DNA of 64,000 bases from an uncultured candidate division WWE3 bacterium (GTDB taxonomy: Bacteria; Patescibacteriota; WWE3; UBA101185; UBA10185), in the NCBI GenBank assembly GCA_903879985.1, contig CAIRNR010000007.1, positions 151,665 to 215,664 of the forward strand, read 5' to 3'. Positions 55,546 to 64,000 of this stretch are shown here, one piece after another. The position numbers and the translations under genes were made by a program. A model generated the notes under the pieces. The model had not been told where the DNA came from. It was given only the letters and a program-made list of their open reading frames with translations, and searched no databases. Position 1 is the first letter of the stretch, and the number at the start of each line of letters is the position of its first letter.

Positions 55546-56169
55546 TTACTTTGTATACCTTTGGTCTAAAACTTCAACTGCATCTTTTATAAAAACAACT
55601 TTTTTAGCTTTAATGATGTCGTAGGCATTCATACTTCCGATAAAAGAAGTCTTAACTCCCACAATGTTAGCGGCACTCTTTATGACTGCTGTGTCTAATT
55701 CTTTCCAAACGATTAATACTCTTCCCTGTAGGTTTAAGTTAGCTAAGATTTCAACCATTTGTTTTGTGCTTGGTTTTTCAAGTGCTGGTTGTTCTAAAAC
55801 AACTGCCGTTTTGTTTGCAAACTTCTGAGAAAGAGCTGATCTCATTGCTAAGGCTCTCATTTTCTTAGGAAGGTCTAATCTCCAATCTTTTGGAGTAGGA
55901 CCGAAGGCGACACCTCCGTGGACCCAGATTGGACTTCTTGTAGAACCTTGTCTAGCACGACCTGTTCCTTTTTGTTTCCATGGTTTTTTACCACCACCTG
56001 AGACTTCACCTCTTGTTTTAACCTTAGAAGTACCTTGACGTTGATTTGTTGTATAAACTCTAATGTATTGAGCCAAAACCTTAAGATTTGGTACGATTCC
56101 AAATACACCATCTGAGAGTGTGATTTCTTCTTTTTTATTTCCTTTTATGTCTAATACTTCTACGTTCAT
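55546..56169 (-). CDS. rplD: 50S ribosomal protein uL4
   Basis: RQGT, EVSGGGKKPWKQKGTGRAR and GGVAFGP motifs. Confidence 0.98.
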   Translation of the reverse strand: MNVEVLDIKGNKKEEITLSDGVFGIVPNLKVLAQYIRVYTTNQRQGTSKVKTRGEVSGGGKKPWKQKGTGRARQGSTRSPIWVHGGVAFGPTPKDWRLDLPKKMRALAMRSALSQKFANKTAVVLEQPALEKPSTKQMVEILANLNLQGRVLIVWKELDTAVIKSAANIVGVKTSFIGSMNAYDIIKAKKVVFIKDAVEVLDQRYTK

Positions 56170-56170
56170 A

Positions 56171-56599
56171 TTATTCTAAAACCTTTATAGTAATTTCTGA
56201 ATTTCTTGCACCTGGCAAAGCTCCAGAAACGTAAATATGCTTGCCACCTTCATCAATTTTAACGATCTTCAAGCCTTTTATAGTTACTCTGTAGTTACCC
56301 ATTCGGCCTGCCATATGTTTACCTGGGAAAACTCTTCCTGGTGTTTGACCGCCGATAGAACCTGCAGATCTTTGCTTATCACTTTGTCCTCTGGTTGCCA
56401 TTTCACCTTTAAAGTGCCATTTCTTCATAACACCGGCAAAACCTTTACCTTTGGATGTTCCAACCACTATAACGTCTTTATTCTCCATCTCTGGTGAGAC
56501 TTCGGTTTCAGCACAAACTATAGTTACTGGTACAACCCTTCCTGTTTCCAGAAAGATTTGGCTCATATTCATTTTTTTACCTTTTATAGTGTTTTCCAT
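56171..56599 (-). CDS. rplC: 50S ribosomal protein uL3, internally shortened (142 aa)
   Basis: GKKMNMSQIF..PVT, GTSKGKGFAG, GSIG, PGRVFPGKHMAGRMG and GALPG motifs. Confidence 0.96.
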   Translation of the reverse strand: MENTIKGKKMNMSQIFLETGRVVPVTIVCAETEVSPEMENKDVIVVGTSKGKGFAGVMKKWHFKGEMATRGQSDKQRSAGSIGGQTPGRVFPGKHMAGRMGNYRVTIKGLKIVKIDEGGKHIYVSGALPGARNSEITIKVLE

Positions 56600-56797
56600 T
56601 TTTTTTCTAATATAGTAAAAATTAGCGCCTCAAAGGGCGCCATTACAGCACAACCTTTGTTTTCTGTCTATTTTTTCTTTACGCTCATTAATTTAGTCAA
56701 TTTCAACCTAGTGTTAGCGCATGCGCTATTATACAGTAAAATCGATAAAAAACTACAATTCTGTTCGCGAAATGCGGAGAGAAAAGATAGCTAAATT
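56600..56797 (-). promoter_or_regulatory. rpsJ-rplC intergenic region: internal promoter and structured leader
   Basis: TATAAT (56728-33), palindrome TAGCGCATGCGCTA (56715-28), and hairpin TGGCGCC-ctttga-GGCGCTA followed by ATTTTT (about 56617-56642). Confidence 0.55.
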
Positions 56798-57118
56798 TTA
56801 CATTCTCATCGATATACCAACACCTGCTGGCAGACTTAGTTTTGACAAATTCTCAATAGTCGATGGTGTTGGATTCAATACATCTATCACTCTTTTATGA
56901 GTTCTAAGTTCAAACTGTTCTCTTGATCTCTTGTCTATATGTGGTCCTCTAATAACGGTGAATTTCTCTATTCTGGTAGGCAAAGGAACTGGTCCAACTA
57001 CTTTAGCACCTGTTCTTATCGCTGTATCTACAATCTTTGAGCAACTAAGATCAATGATTCTACTATCGTAAGAGTTAAGTTTTATTCTGATTTTAATTTC
57101 TTTTGTTCCTTTAGCCAT
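56798..57118 (-). CDS. rpsJ: 30S ribosomal protein uS10
   Basis: GPVPLPT and [12 protein letters not shown] motifs. Confidence 0.98.
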   Translation of the reverse strand: MAKGTKEIKIRIKLNSYDSRIIDLSCSKIVDTAIRTGAKVVGPVPLPTRIEKFTVIRGPHIDKRSREQFELRTHKRVIDVLNPTPSTIENLSKLSLPAGVGISMRM

Positions 57119-57129
57119 AATCTCTTTCG

Positions 57130-57165
57130 GATAAAATGCCCCCCGGTTAAGGAGGGCAATTTATC
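57130..57165 (-). terminator. Long hairpin after tuf (terminator or stabilising stem)
   Basis: Minus strand GATAAATTGCCCTCC-ttaacc-GGGGGGCATTTTATC; 14 of 15 positions pair. Confidence 0.65.
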
Positions 57166-57176
57166 AGTTAATAATC

Positions 57177-58358
57177 TTAAGCAATTACCTTAGTGATAGC
57201 ACCTGCACCGACGGTGTGGCCACCTTCTCTAATAGCGAATCTCATTCCATCTTCCAAAGCTACTGGTGTAATCAACTTGACTGTAATCTTAACGTTGTTA
57301 TCACCTGGCATAACCATCTCTACACCTGCTGGTAAAGTAACTTCTCCGGTAACGTCAGTTGTTCTAATGTAAAACTGAGGTCTGTAACCTGAAAAGAATG
57401 GTTTGTGTCTTCCACCTTCTTCTTTAGAAAGAATGTAGACGGTTGCTTCGAAATCGGTATGTGGTTTAACAGAACCGGTTTTGGCTAAAACTTGACCTCT
57501 TTCGACGTCAGCTCGCTCAATACCTCTGATCAATATACCAACGTTATCGCCGGCTTGACCTTCTTGAAGTTGTTTCTTGAACATTTCTATTCCTGTAACA
57601 ACTGTCTTTCTAGTATCTTTTAATCCAACAATTTCGACTTCTTCGTTAACCTTGATAACTCCTCTTTCAATTCTTCCGGTAACGACTGTTCCTCTTCCTG
57701 AGATAGTGAAGACATCTTCAATAGGCATCAAGAATGGTTTATCTAAGTCTCTTACTGGTGTAGGAATGAATTCATCAACAGCAGTCATTAAGTCTTCGAT
57801 ACTTTTTACTGATTCTGGATCACCTTCCAAGGCTTTCATTGCTGAACCTCGGATTATAGGAGTTTTATCTCCTGGGTAACCATATTTTGTTAATAATTCT
57901 CTAACTTCAAGTTCGACCAAATCCAAGATTTCTTTATCTTGAACCATATCTGTTTTGTTCAAGAAAACAACCATTGCTGGAACGTTAACTTGTTTAGCTA
58001 ACAAGATATGTTCTCTTGTTTGTGGCATTGGGCCGTCTGCAGCTGAAACTACCAATATAGCACCATCCATTTGGGCGGCACCGGTGATCATGTTCTTGAT
58101 GTAGTCTGCATGACCTGGAGCATCGATATGTGCGTAGTGGCGTTTATCGGTTTCATACTCTACGTGAGTAATGTTAATAGTAATACCGCGTGCTCTTTCT
58201 TCAGGAGCTTTATCGATATTTTCATAGGCAACGTACTGTGCTTGACCTTTACCAGCCAAAACCTTAGTTATAGCTGCTGTCAAAGTGGTTTTACCATGGT
58301 CAACGTGACCAATAGTTCCAATGTTTACATGTGGTTTATTTCTTACAAATTCTGACAT
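57177..58358 (-). CDS. tuf: Elongation factor Tu
   Basis: [18 protein letters not shown] and NKTD motifs. Start moved to the ATG at 58358 ([10 protein letters not shown]), giving 393 aa. Confidence 0.99.
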   Translation of the reverse strand: MSEFVRNKPHVNIGTIGHVDHGKTTLTAAITKVLAGKGQAQYVAYENIDKAPEERARGITINITHVEYETDKRHYAHIDAPGHADYIKNMITGAAQMDGAILVVSAADGPMPQTREHILLAKQVNVPAMVVFLNKTDMVQDKEILDLVELEVRELLTKYGYPGDKTPIIRGSAMKALEGDPESVKSIEDLMTAVDEFIPTPVRDLDKPFLMPIEDVFTISGRGTVVTGRIERGVIKVNEEVEIVGLKDTRKTVVTGIEMFKKQLQEGQAGDNVGILIRGIERADVERGQVLAKTGSVKPHTDFEATVYILSKEEGGRHKPFFSGYRPQFYIRTTDVTGEVTLPAGVEMVMPGDNNVKITVKLITPVALEDGMRFAIREGGHTVGAGAITKVIA

Positions 58359-58364
58359 AAATTC

Positions 58365-58428
58365 ACTGACTTTGATTGAACGTCCGCTCACGCGAGACGC
58401 ATTCACATTGCCAGCCTTTCAAATTATA
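58365..58428 (-). promoter_or_regulatory. tuf 5' leader: TATAAT box followed by a GNRA-capped extended hairpin
   Basis: TATAAT at 58423-28; GCUGGC..UGAA..CGUC.CGC-GUGA-GCG-GACG-UUCA..GUCAGU at 58415-58365. Confidence 0.55.
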
Positions 58429-58509
58429 AATTAATACGGCGCCCTGTGTTGAAGCGCAATAACAAGTGATAGTTAACCAAATAAATCACTAAAAATCAAG
58501 GACTTTCTA

Positions 58510-58533
58510 GTGACTTTGCGGGTCAACAGTCAC
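58510..58533 (-). terminator. Hairpin downstream of fusA
   Basis: GTGACT-gTTG-acccg-CAA-AGTCAC; no U tract. Confidence 0.4.
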
Positions 58534-58546
58534 AAAAACCGCCTGT

Positions 58547-60631
58547 TTATCTACTTTTGCCTTTTGCAATTTCGGCGGCAACATTACCTGGAACCTCTTC
58601 ATAATGGCTTGGTTCCATACTAAAAGAGCCTCTACCTTGAGTCATACCTCTAAGTTCAGTTGCATATCCAAACATCTCGGACAAAGGAACTGTGCTTGAT
58701 ATAACTCGGGCATTTCCTCTTTGTTCTGTACCTTCAATCTTACCTCGTTTTGAGGAAATGTTTCCAATTACGTCTCCCATGTAGTCTTCTGGGACTGTAA
58801 CTTCAACCTTCATAATTGGCTCTAATAGGAATGTGTCTGCTTCGCGTTGGGCTGTACGCATAGCTTCAATAGCAGCCATCTTAAAGGACATTTCAGAGGA
58901 GTCGACTTCATGGAAAGATCCGTCGTGTAAAGAGACCTTTAAGTCTACCAATGGGTATCCTGCAATAGTACCGGCTTCAATGGCTTCCTTAACACCTTTT
59001 TCAACTGCTGGAATATATTCTCTTGGAATAGATCCACCAACAACTTTATCAACGAATTCAAAACCTTTTCCTCTTTCTTGAGGTTCGACCTTCATAACAA
59101 CGTGTCCGTATTGTCCACGACCACCAGATTGTCTAATGTACTTACCTTCAACGTCTACTGTTTTTCTAATGGTTTCTCTGTAAGCGACCTGAGGTTTACC
59201 TGTGTTTACTTCGACGTTAAATTCACGTTTCATACGGTCGACAATAATTTCAAGGTGAAGCTCGCCCATTCCGTACAATACAGATTGGCCTGTTTCATCG
59301 TTAGTTTTCATTTTTAATGTTGGGTCTTCTTCTAGGAACTTCTTTAAAGCATCAGACATTTTGTCGCGGTCAGCTTTTGACTTTGGCTCCAAAACTAATC
59401 CGATAACTGGTTCTGCAAAGCTAATTGCTTCCAAAACTACTTCTGTGCCTTCTTGGCAAATTGTGTCTCCAGTTGTCGCTTCTAAACCAACACCTGCTGC
59501 AATTTCTCCGGCTCTAATCTCTTTGATTTCTTCTCTGTGATTAGCGTGCATTAACAAGACACGACCAAGTCTTTCCTTTTTGTCTTTTGTTGTGTTGTAA
59601 AGGTATGAACCTGCTTGTGCTTTTCCTGAGTAAACACGGAAATAGGTCAATCTACCTACGTAAGGATCCGTTTGAACCTTGAATGCTAAAGCAACAAATG
59701 GTCCTTTTTCGTCTGGTGTAAGACTAATCTTTTCACCTGTTTTTAAATCATGACCAAGAATAGCTGGTGTATCTTCTGGAGATGGTAGGTAATCAACGAC
59801 ACCGTCTAAAACTTTTTGAACACCAATGTTAGATAAGGAAGCACCGCAATATACTGGGTAAAGTTTAGCGGCTACTGTTTGTTTTCTGATACCGGCTTTA
59901 ATTTCTTCAACAGATAATTCTTCACCGTTTAGGTATCTTTCAATCATTTTATCGTCGGATTCAGCAACTTTTTCAACAAGTTTAGCGCGGAATTGTTCAA
60001 CTTTTTCTTTCATATCTGCTGGGATGTCTACTTCAATAATGTCGGAACCTAATTGACCTTCAAACTTAAACGCTCTTCTTTCGATTAAATCGATAACTGT
60101 ATTAAAATCGTTTTCGATACCTACTGGAAGCTGTACTGCAACTGCATCGTTTGTTAATTTTTCAGCAATAGAATCAACTGACATGTAAAAATCACCGCCA
60201 AGTTTATCTAGTTTGTTTACGAAAAATAACAAAGGTACATTATATTTTTGAGCTTGTCGGAAAACTGTTTCGGATTGAGGTTCAACGCCTTGTGAACCAT
60301 CAAGGATAATAACACCGCCGTCTAATACGCGAAGTGATCTTTCTACTTCAGCTGTAAAGTCTACGTGACCTGGTGTATCGATAATGTTTATACGGTGATT
60401 ATTCCAAAAACAGGTTGTGGCTGCTGAGGTAATAGTAATACCTCTTTCTCTTTCTTGAGCCATCCAGTCCATTTGGGTTGCACCTTCGTGGACTTCACCT
60501 ATCTTGTGAGATTTTCCGGTATAAAATAGTACGCGCTCTGTTGTGGTAGTTTTACCAGCATCAATATGGGCGATTATGCCTATATTTCTAATTTTATCTA
60601 ACGGATATGTTTTATTTGTATTTTCAGCCAT
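58547..60631 (-). CDS. fusA: Elongation factor G
   Basis: [30 protein letters not shown] and HEVDSS motifs. Confidence 0.99.
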   Translation of the reverse strand: MAENTNKTYPLDKIRNIGIIAHIDAGKTTTTERVLFYTGKSHKIGEVHEGATQMDWMAQERERGITITSAATTCFWNNHRINIIDTPGHVDFTAEVERSLRVLDGGVIILDGSQGVEPQSETVFRQAQKYNVPLLFFVNKLDKLGGDFYMSVDSIAEKLTNDAVAVQLPVGIENDFNTVIDLIERRAFKFEGQLGSDIIEVDIPADMKEKVEQFRAKLVEKVAESDDKMIERYLNGEELSVEEIKAGIRKQTVAAKLYPVYCGASLSNIGVQKVLDGVVDYLPSPEDTPAILGHDLKTGEKISLTPDEKGPFVALAFKVQTDPYVGRLTYFRVYSGKAQAGSYLYNTTKDKKERLGRVLLMHANHREEIKEIRAGEIAAGVGLEATTGDTICQEGTEVVLEAISFAEPVIGLVLEPKSKADRDKMSDALKKFLEEDPTLKMKTNDETGQSVLYGMGELHLEIIVDRMKREFNVEVNTGKPQVAYRETIRKTVDVEGKYIRQSGGRGQYGHVVMKVEPQERGKGFEFVDKVVGGSIPREYIPAVEKGVKEAIEAGTIAGYPLVDLKVSLHDGSFHEVDSSEMSFKMAAIEAMRTAQREADTFLLEPIMKVEVTVPEDYMGDVIGNISSKRGKIEGTEQRGNARVISSTVPLSEMFGYATELRGMTQGRGSFSMEPSHYEEVPGNVAAEIAKGKSR

Positions 60632-60670
60632 AGTTATCTATTATTCCTTAATTGATCATGAAAAACAATA

Positions 60671-61138
60671 TTAAGAACGCGCGAAATGGGCAAATGCTCT
60701 ATTAGCCTCAGCCATTCTATGAGTATCATCACGTTTCTTAATTGCATCTCCAGTTCCCTGGGCTGCATTAGTCAACTCATCGAAAAGCTTATCTTGCATT
60801 GGACGACCTTTTTTAGATCGTGCTGAATGCACAAGCCATCTAACAGCTAAAGCTTCTGCTCTATCATGTTTAAGAGGCATTGGGACTTGATAAGTAGCAC
60901 CACCGATTCTTTTAGATCGTACTTCTTGCTGTGGCATAATATTCTTAACTGCTTGTTCAAATAAGCGTAAAGCTTCTTTTTTGTCTTCGTTCATACGATA
61001 TATTGCACCGTATACAACTGTTTCAGCAGTGCTTTTTTTACCACTAAGCATTACAGTGTTAATAACGCGAGTTACTACTTTTGATTTCAACACTGAATCT
61101 GGATTAAGTTGTCGTTTCTTTGTTTTTTTACCTCTCAT
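60671..61138 (-). CDS. rpsG: 30S ribosomal protein uS7
   Basis: [14 protein letters not shown] and [12 protein letters not shown] motifs. Confidence 0.98.
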   Translation of the reverse strand: MRGKKTKKRQLNPDSVLKSKVVTRVINTVMLSGKKSTAETVVYGAIYRMNEDKKEALRLFEQAVKNIMPQQEVRSKRIGGATYQVPMPLKHDRAEALAVRWLVHSARSKKGRPMQDKLFDELTNAAQGTGDAIKKRDDTHRMAEANRAFAHFARS

Positions 61139-61590
61139 TTTTTGCCTCCTTTAGCTTTGGCAGCAGCACCTGCGGCGCCTGCTTTTGGTCTTTTAGTACC
61201 ATAAATTGATCTCGAAGTTTTACGTGCTGAAACACCTGCTAAGTCCAATTCTCCACGTACTATTGTGTATTTTACACCTGGTAAATCTTGGATTTTTCCG
61301 CCTTTTACCAAAACAACTGAGTGTTCTTGTAAGTTGTGACCTTCACCTGGAATGTAAGCAGTGACTTCTCTTTTGTTGGACAAACGAACTCTTGCAGTCT
61401 TTCTCAAGGCTGAGTTTGGTTTCTTTGGTGTTTGTGTACGAACTTGTAACACAACTCCACGTTTGAATGGGCTCGCAAACTTAATAACTTTTTTCTTTTT
61501 TGTGTTAAACGACTCTTTTAAGGCCTTTGTTGCAGTCTTTTTAAGTTTCGTTTTTCTTGTTTTTTTAACTAGTTGGTTTACTGTTGGCAT
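61135..61590 (-). CDS. rpsL: 30S ribosomal protein uS12
   Basis: [31 protein letters not shown] and DLPGV motifs. Confidence 0.99.
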   Translation of the reverse strand: MPTVNQLVKKTRKTKLKKTATKALKESFNTKKKKVIKFASPFKRGVVLQVRTQTPKKPNSALRKTARVRLSNKREVTAYIPGEGHNLQEHSVVLVKGGKIQDLPGVKYTIVRGELDLAGVSARKTSRSIYGTKRPKAGAAGAAAKAKGGKK

Positions 61591-61602
61591 AATTTTTTCA
61601 AG

Positions 61603-64000
61603 CTATTCAAGCCTTGCCCTTTCACCTGTTGGAATTAGTCGGCCTATTATAACATTTTCCTTTAGTCCCAATAGATAATCCACCTTACCAGAAGCTGCTG
61701 CGTCGGTCAATACATTACTTGTTTGAATAAACGAAGCTGCTGACAAGAAACTATCCGTATTTAAGGAAGCTCTTGTGATACCAAGCATCGTTAATTTACC
61801 GGTAGCTGGGGTTCCGCCGCCTGCAATTACTTCTTCGTTACCTTCGTCAAAGCGTGCTCTTGTAACCAATTCGCCTTCCATAAACTGCGTATCACCAATG
61901 TCTTCAATTCTAACGTGATGGAACATTTGCTTTACTATAATTTCAATATGTTTGTCGTTTAAAGCAACACCTTGTGAAGCGTAGACTTTTTGAATTTCTT
62001 CAATAATGTACTTTTTAGTTTCATCAACACCGACGGTTCTGAACAAATCACTTAAGTCCAAGTTACCTGAGGTCAGTTTTTGACCTTTTACAACAAGTTC
62101 TCCGTCTTTAACAATTACTTCTTCAACTGGATCAACTAAGTATTCTCCAGCATCCTCAGTCTTGTCTGATGGCAAAATTATAATCTTTCTTTCATCACCG
62201 TTTTTAACGATTTGAGCTGTTCCTGTAACTTCGGCCATAACAGATAATGATTTTGGTGCACGAGCTTCAACCAATTCTTCAACTCTTGGTAAACCTTGAG
62301 TGATATCTTTACCTGCAATACCTCCTGTATGGAATGTTCTCATTGAAAGCTGTGTTCCTGGTTCACCGATTGACTGAGCGGCTGCGACACCAACTGCAGT
62401 TCCGATTCTAACCAAGCGACCTGTCATAAGATCATTACCGTAGCACATAGCGCACAAACCACGTCGTGTATCACAATGCATTGGGGAACGAATAACAATG
62501 TTTTCATAACCTGATTTTTCAATCTTTTCAGCGTCGGATCTTGTGATAAGTGTGTTTCTTGCAACTACGACTTTATTACCAACTTTTACGTCTTCGGCTA
62601 ATAAGCGTCCGGTTACTCTATCTGCAAACGATTGCAATAAAGTTCCTTCTCCAACTTTCATGGTACGACCTTTTTCAGAACCACAATCATCTTCTCTAAC
62701 GATAATATCTTGTGAAACGTCAACTAATCTTCTGGTTAAGTAACCTGCATCTGCAGTCTTTAAACCCTTGTCGACCAAACCTTTTCTTGCACCTTTTGCT
62801 CCGATGAAGTACTCAAGTGCTGAAAGTCCGGATTTGTAGTTACCAAAAATTGGAACTTCTACTGTTTTACCTGTAGTGTCTACGACCAAACCCTTCATAC
62901 CAGCTACTTGTTTAACCTGATCTCGTGAGGCTCTTGTTGAACCTGACTTAACCAATGTTTTAACTGGGTTATCGTTACCAAGGTTTTCCCAAACAGCGTT
63001 ATCCAAATCTGCAATGACTTTGTTCCAAACATCTTCTTTTAATCTGGTTGCTTCACTTCGTGTGATTAAACCTTTTCTGTAGTTACTTTCAACTGCAGCA
63101 GCTAATTGTTTACCATCTTTAAAGATTTGTTCACGAGCTGCAGGAACCTGAATATCAGATAGTGCAACGGATTGACCACTCATAGTACCGTAATCCAAAC
63201 CTAAATCTTTTAAGTCATCGATAAGTTTAACAACAACGGCGTTTGGTTCGGTTTCAAATGCTTTTTGTAGCAAAATATTGATTTGTTTCTTATCCATTGC
63301 AATGTTTACATATCCAAATGAAACTGGAAGTGTTTTGTTAAACATTAAGCGACCATAAGTTGTTTCCATCATTTCACAGTTAACTCTTATCTTAATTCTT
63401 TGTCTTAAGTTAACTGTTTTTGCAACGTCAACCGCATACATAAGTTCTTGCTCATCAGCGAAAGCTTTTTCACAAAGTGGAAGTTTTTCGTTAACTGAGG
63501 TTGCGTAGAAAACACCGAACAACATAATTTTTGTTGGAATAGAAATTGGTGAACCGTTTGATGGATTCAACAAATTCTGTGTTGATAACATAACGTCCCT
63601 TGCTTCTTGTTGAGCTTCTTCGGATAGTGGTACGTGAACAGCCATTTGGTCTCCGTCAAAGTCTGCGTTGAAACCAGCGCATACGCACAAGTGAAGTTTA
63701 ATTGAGTTACCTTCTACCAATTTTGGATAGAATGCCTGTACACCTAATCTCCACAATGTAGGAGCACGGTTTAAGAGTACTGGGTGGTTTTTAACAACTT
63801 CTTCCAAAATATCCCAGACTTCGTTACTTCTACTTTCTAAGTAGAATTTAGCGCTCTTTACGTTAGGAGCGTAACCTCTGCCTAGAATCTCTTTTAAGAC
63901 TAAAGGTTTAAATAGTTCAAGAGCCATTTCTTTTGGCAAACCGCATTCGTCTAATTTCAATTCCGGACCGTTGATAATAACACCACGACCAGAGTAGTCG
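61603..64000 (-). CDS. rpoC: RNA polymerase beta' subunit, 3' part (5' end outside the window)
   Basis: The frame stays open to the window edge (DYSGRGVI...). NADFDGD, GYLTRRL, QSIGEPGTQ, DITQGLPRV and GLKENVIIG motifs. Confidence 0.99.
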   Translation of the reverse strand, partial: DYSGRGVIINGPELKLDECGLPKEMALELFKPLVLKEILGRGYAPNVKSAKFYLESRSNEVWDILEEVVKNHPVLLNRAPTLWRLGVQAFYPKLVEGNSIKLHLCVCAGFNADFDGDQMAVHVPLSEEAQQEARDVMLSTQNLLNPSNGSPISIPTKIMLFGVFYATSVNEKLPLCEKAFADEQELMYAVDVAKTVNLRQRIKIRVNCEMMETTYGRLMFNKTLPVSFGYVNIAMDKKQINILLQKAFETEPNAVVVKLIDDLKDLGLDYGTMSGQSVALSDIQVPAAREQIFKDGKQLAAAVESNYRKGLITRSEATRLKEDVWNKVIADLDNAVWENLGNDNPVKTLVKSGSTRASRDQVKQVAGMKGLVVDTTGKTVEVPIFGNYKSGLSALEYFIGAKGARKGLVDKGLKTADAGYLTRRLVDVSQDIIVREDDCGSEKGRTMKVGEGTLLQSFADRVTGRLLAEDVKVGNKVVVARNTLITRSDAEKIEKSGYENIVIRSPMHCDTRRGLCAMCYGNDLMTGRLVRIGTAVGVAAAQSIGEPGTQLSMRTFHTGGIAGKDITQGLPRVEELVEARAPKSLSVMAEVTGTAQIVKNGDERKIIILPSDKTEDAGEYLVDPVEEVIVKDGELVVKGQKLTSGNLDLSDLFRTVGVDETKKYIIEEIQKVYASQGVALNDKHIEIIVKQMFHHVRIEDIGDTQFMEGELVTRARFDEGNEEVIAGGGTPATGKLTMLGITRASLNTDSFLSAASFIQTSNVLTDAAASGKVDYLLGLKENVIIGRLIPTGERARLE

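Noticed and set aside
56558-56794. 78-aa plus-strand ORF, and an out-of-frame ATG at 56643 running through an A8 tract into rplC
   Set aside because: Neither encodes the missing uL3 segment. The uL3 N-terminus is intact and the deletion is internal, so no frameshift is needed.
58359-58546. Possible tRNA or SRP RNA in the fusA-tuf gap
   Set aside because: No cloverleaf, T-loop (GTTCGA) or CCA end, and no SRP helix-8 motif; kept only as a leader hairpin.
61135-61138. Possible alternative genetic code (UGA=Gly, as in Gracilibacteria/Absconditabacteria)
   Set aside because: TGA ends several genes at their expected ends in ATGA overlaps (e.g. rpsL/rpsG, rplR/rpsE), and conserved genes are full length under code 11.
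717-62743. Many 60-145 aa ORFs antisense to, or out of frame within, long genes
   Set aside because: They overlap well-supported genes almost entirely and show no motifs or initiation signals; such ORFs are expected by chance.
1-64000. CRISPR arrays, IS elements, integrases, introns/inteins, rRNA or tRNA genes
   Set aside because: No spaced direct repeats, transposase or integrase motifs or unexplained insertions were seen, and all intergenic gaps are under about 200 nt.

Overview
Gene-dense, AT-rich bacterial chromosome segment, almost all on the minus strand, read with genetic code 11. It most likely comes from a Patescibacteria/CPR genome (WWE3/Microgenomates-like). This is inferred from the missing uL30, the single-chain GlyRS, the DUF4012 and CAP-domain membrane proteins and the divergent r-proteins. 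Right part (46.4-64 kb): the 3' part of rpoC, the str, S10 and spc clusters, then secY-ybaB-adk; the alpha operon does not follow. Left part (1.3-46.4 kb): a ~45 kb surface-glycan locus. It holds 12 GT4s, 6 GT2s (4 of polyprenol-P-sugar synthase type), 7 GT-C-type membrane genes (one an O-antigen-ligase/ArnT fusion), 2 Wzx flippases, an LPG-synthase-type flippase and a GtrA domain. It also holds a priming phosphoglycosyltransferase, Ugd, 2 methyltransferases, a B12-type radical SAM enzyme and a DUF4012 protein that reads like a divergent LCP ligase. recO and the 5' part of glyQS follow. Other points: -10 boxes 6-11 nt before start codons (leaderless-type), a stand-alone orphan gene cassette, a uL3 with a large internal deletion, and structured leaders before rplC and tuf. 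No tRNA, rRNA, CRISPR or mobile element was seen. All family calls come from motif recognition by eye; no searches were run.
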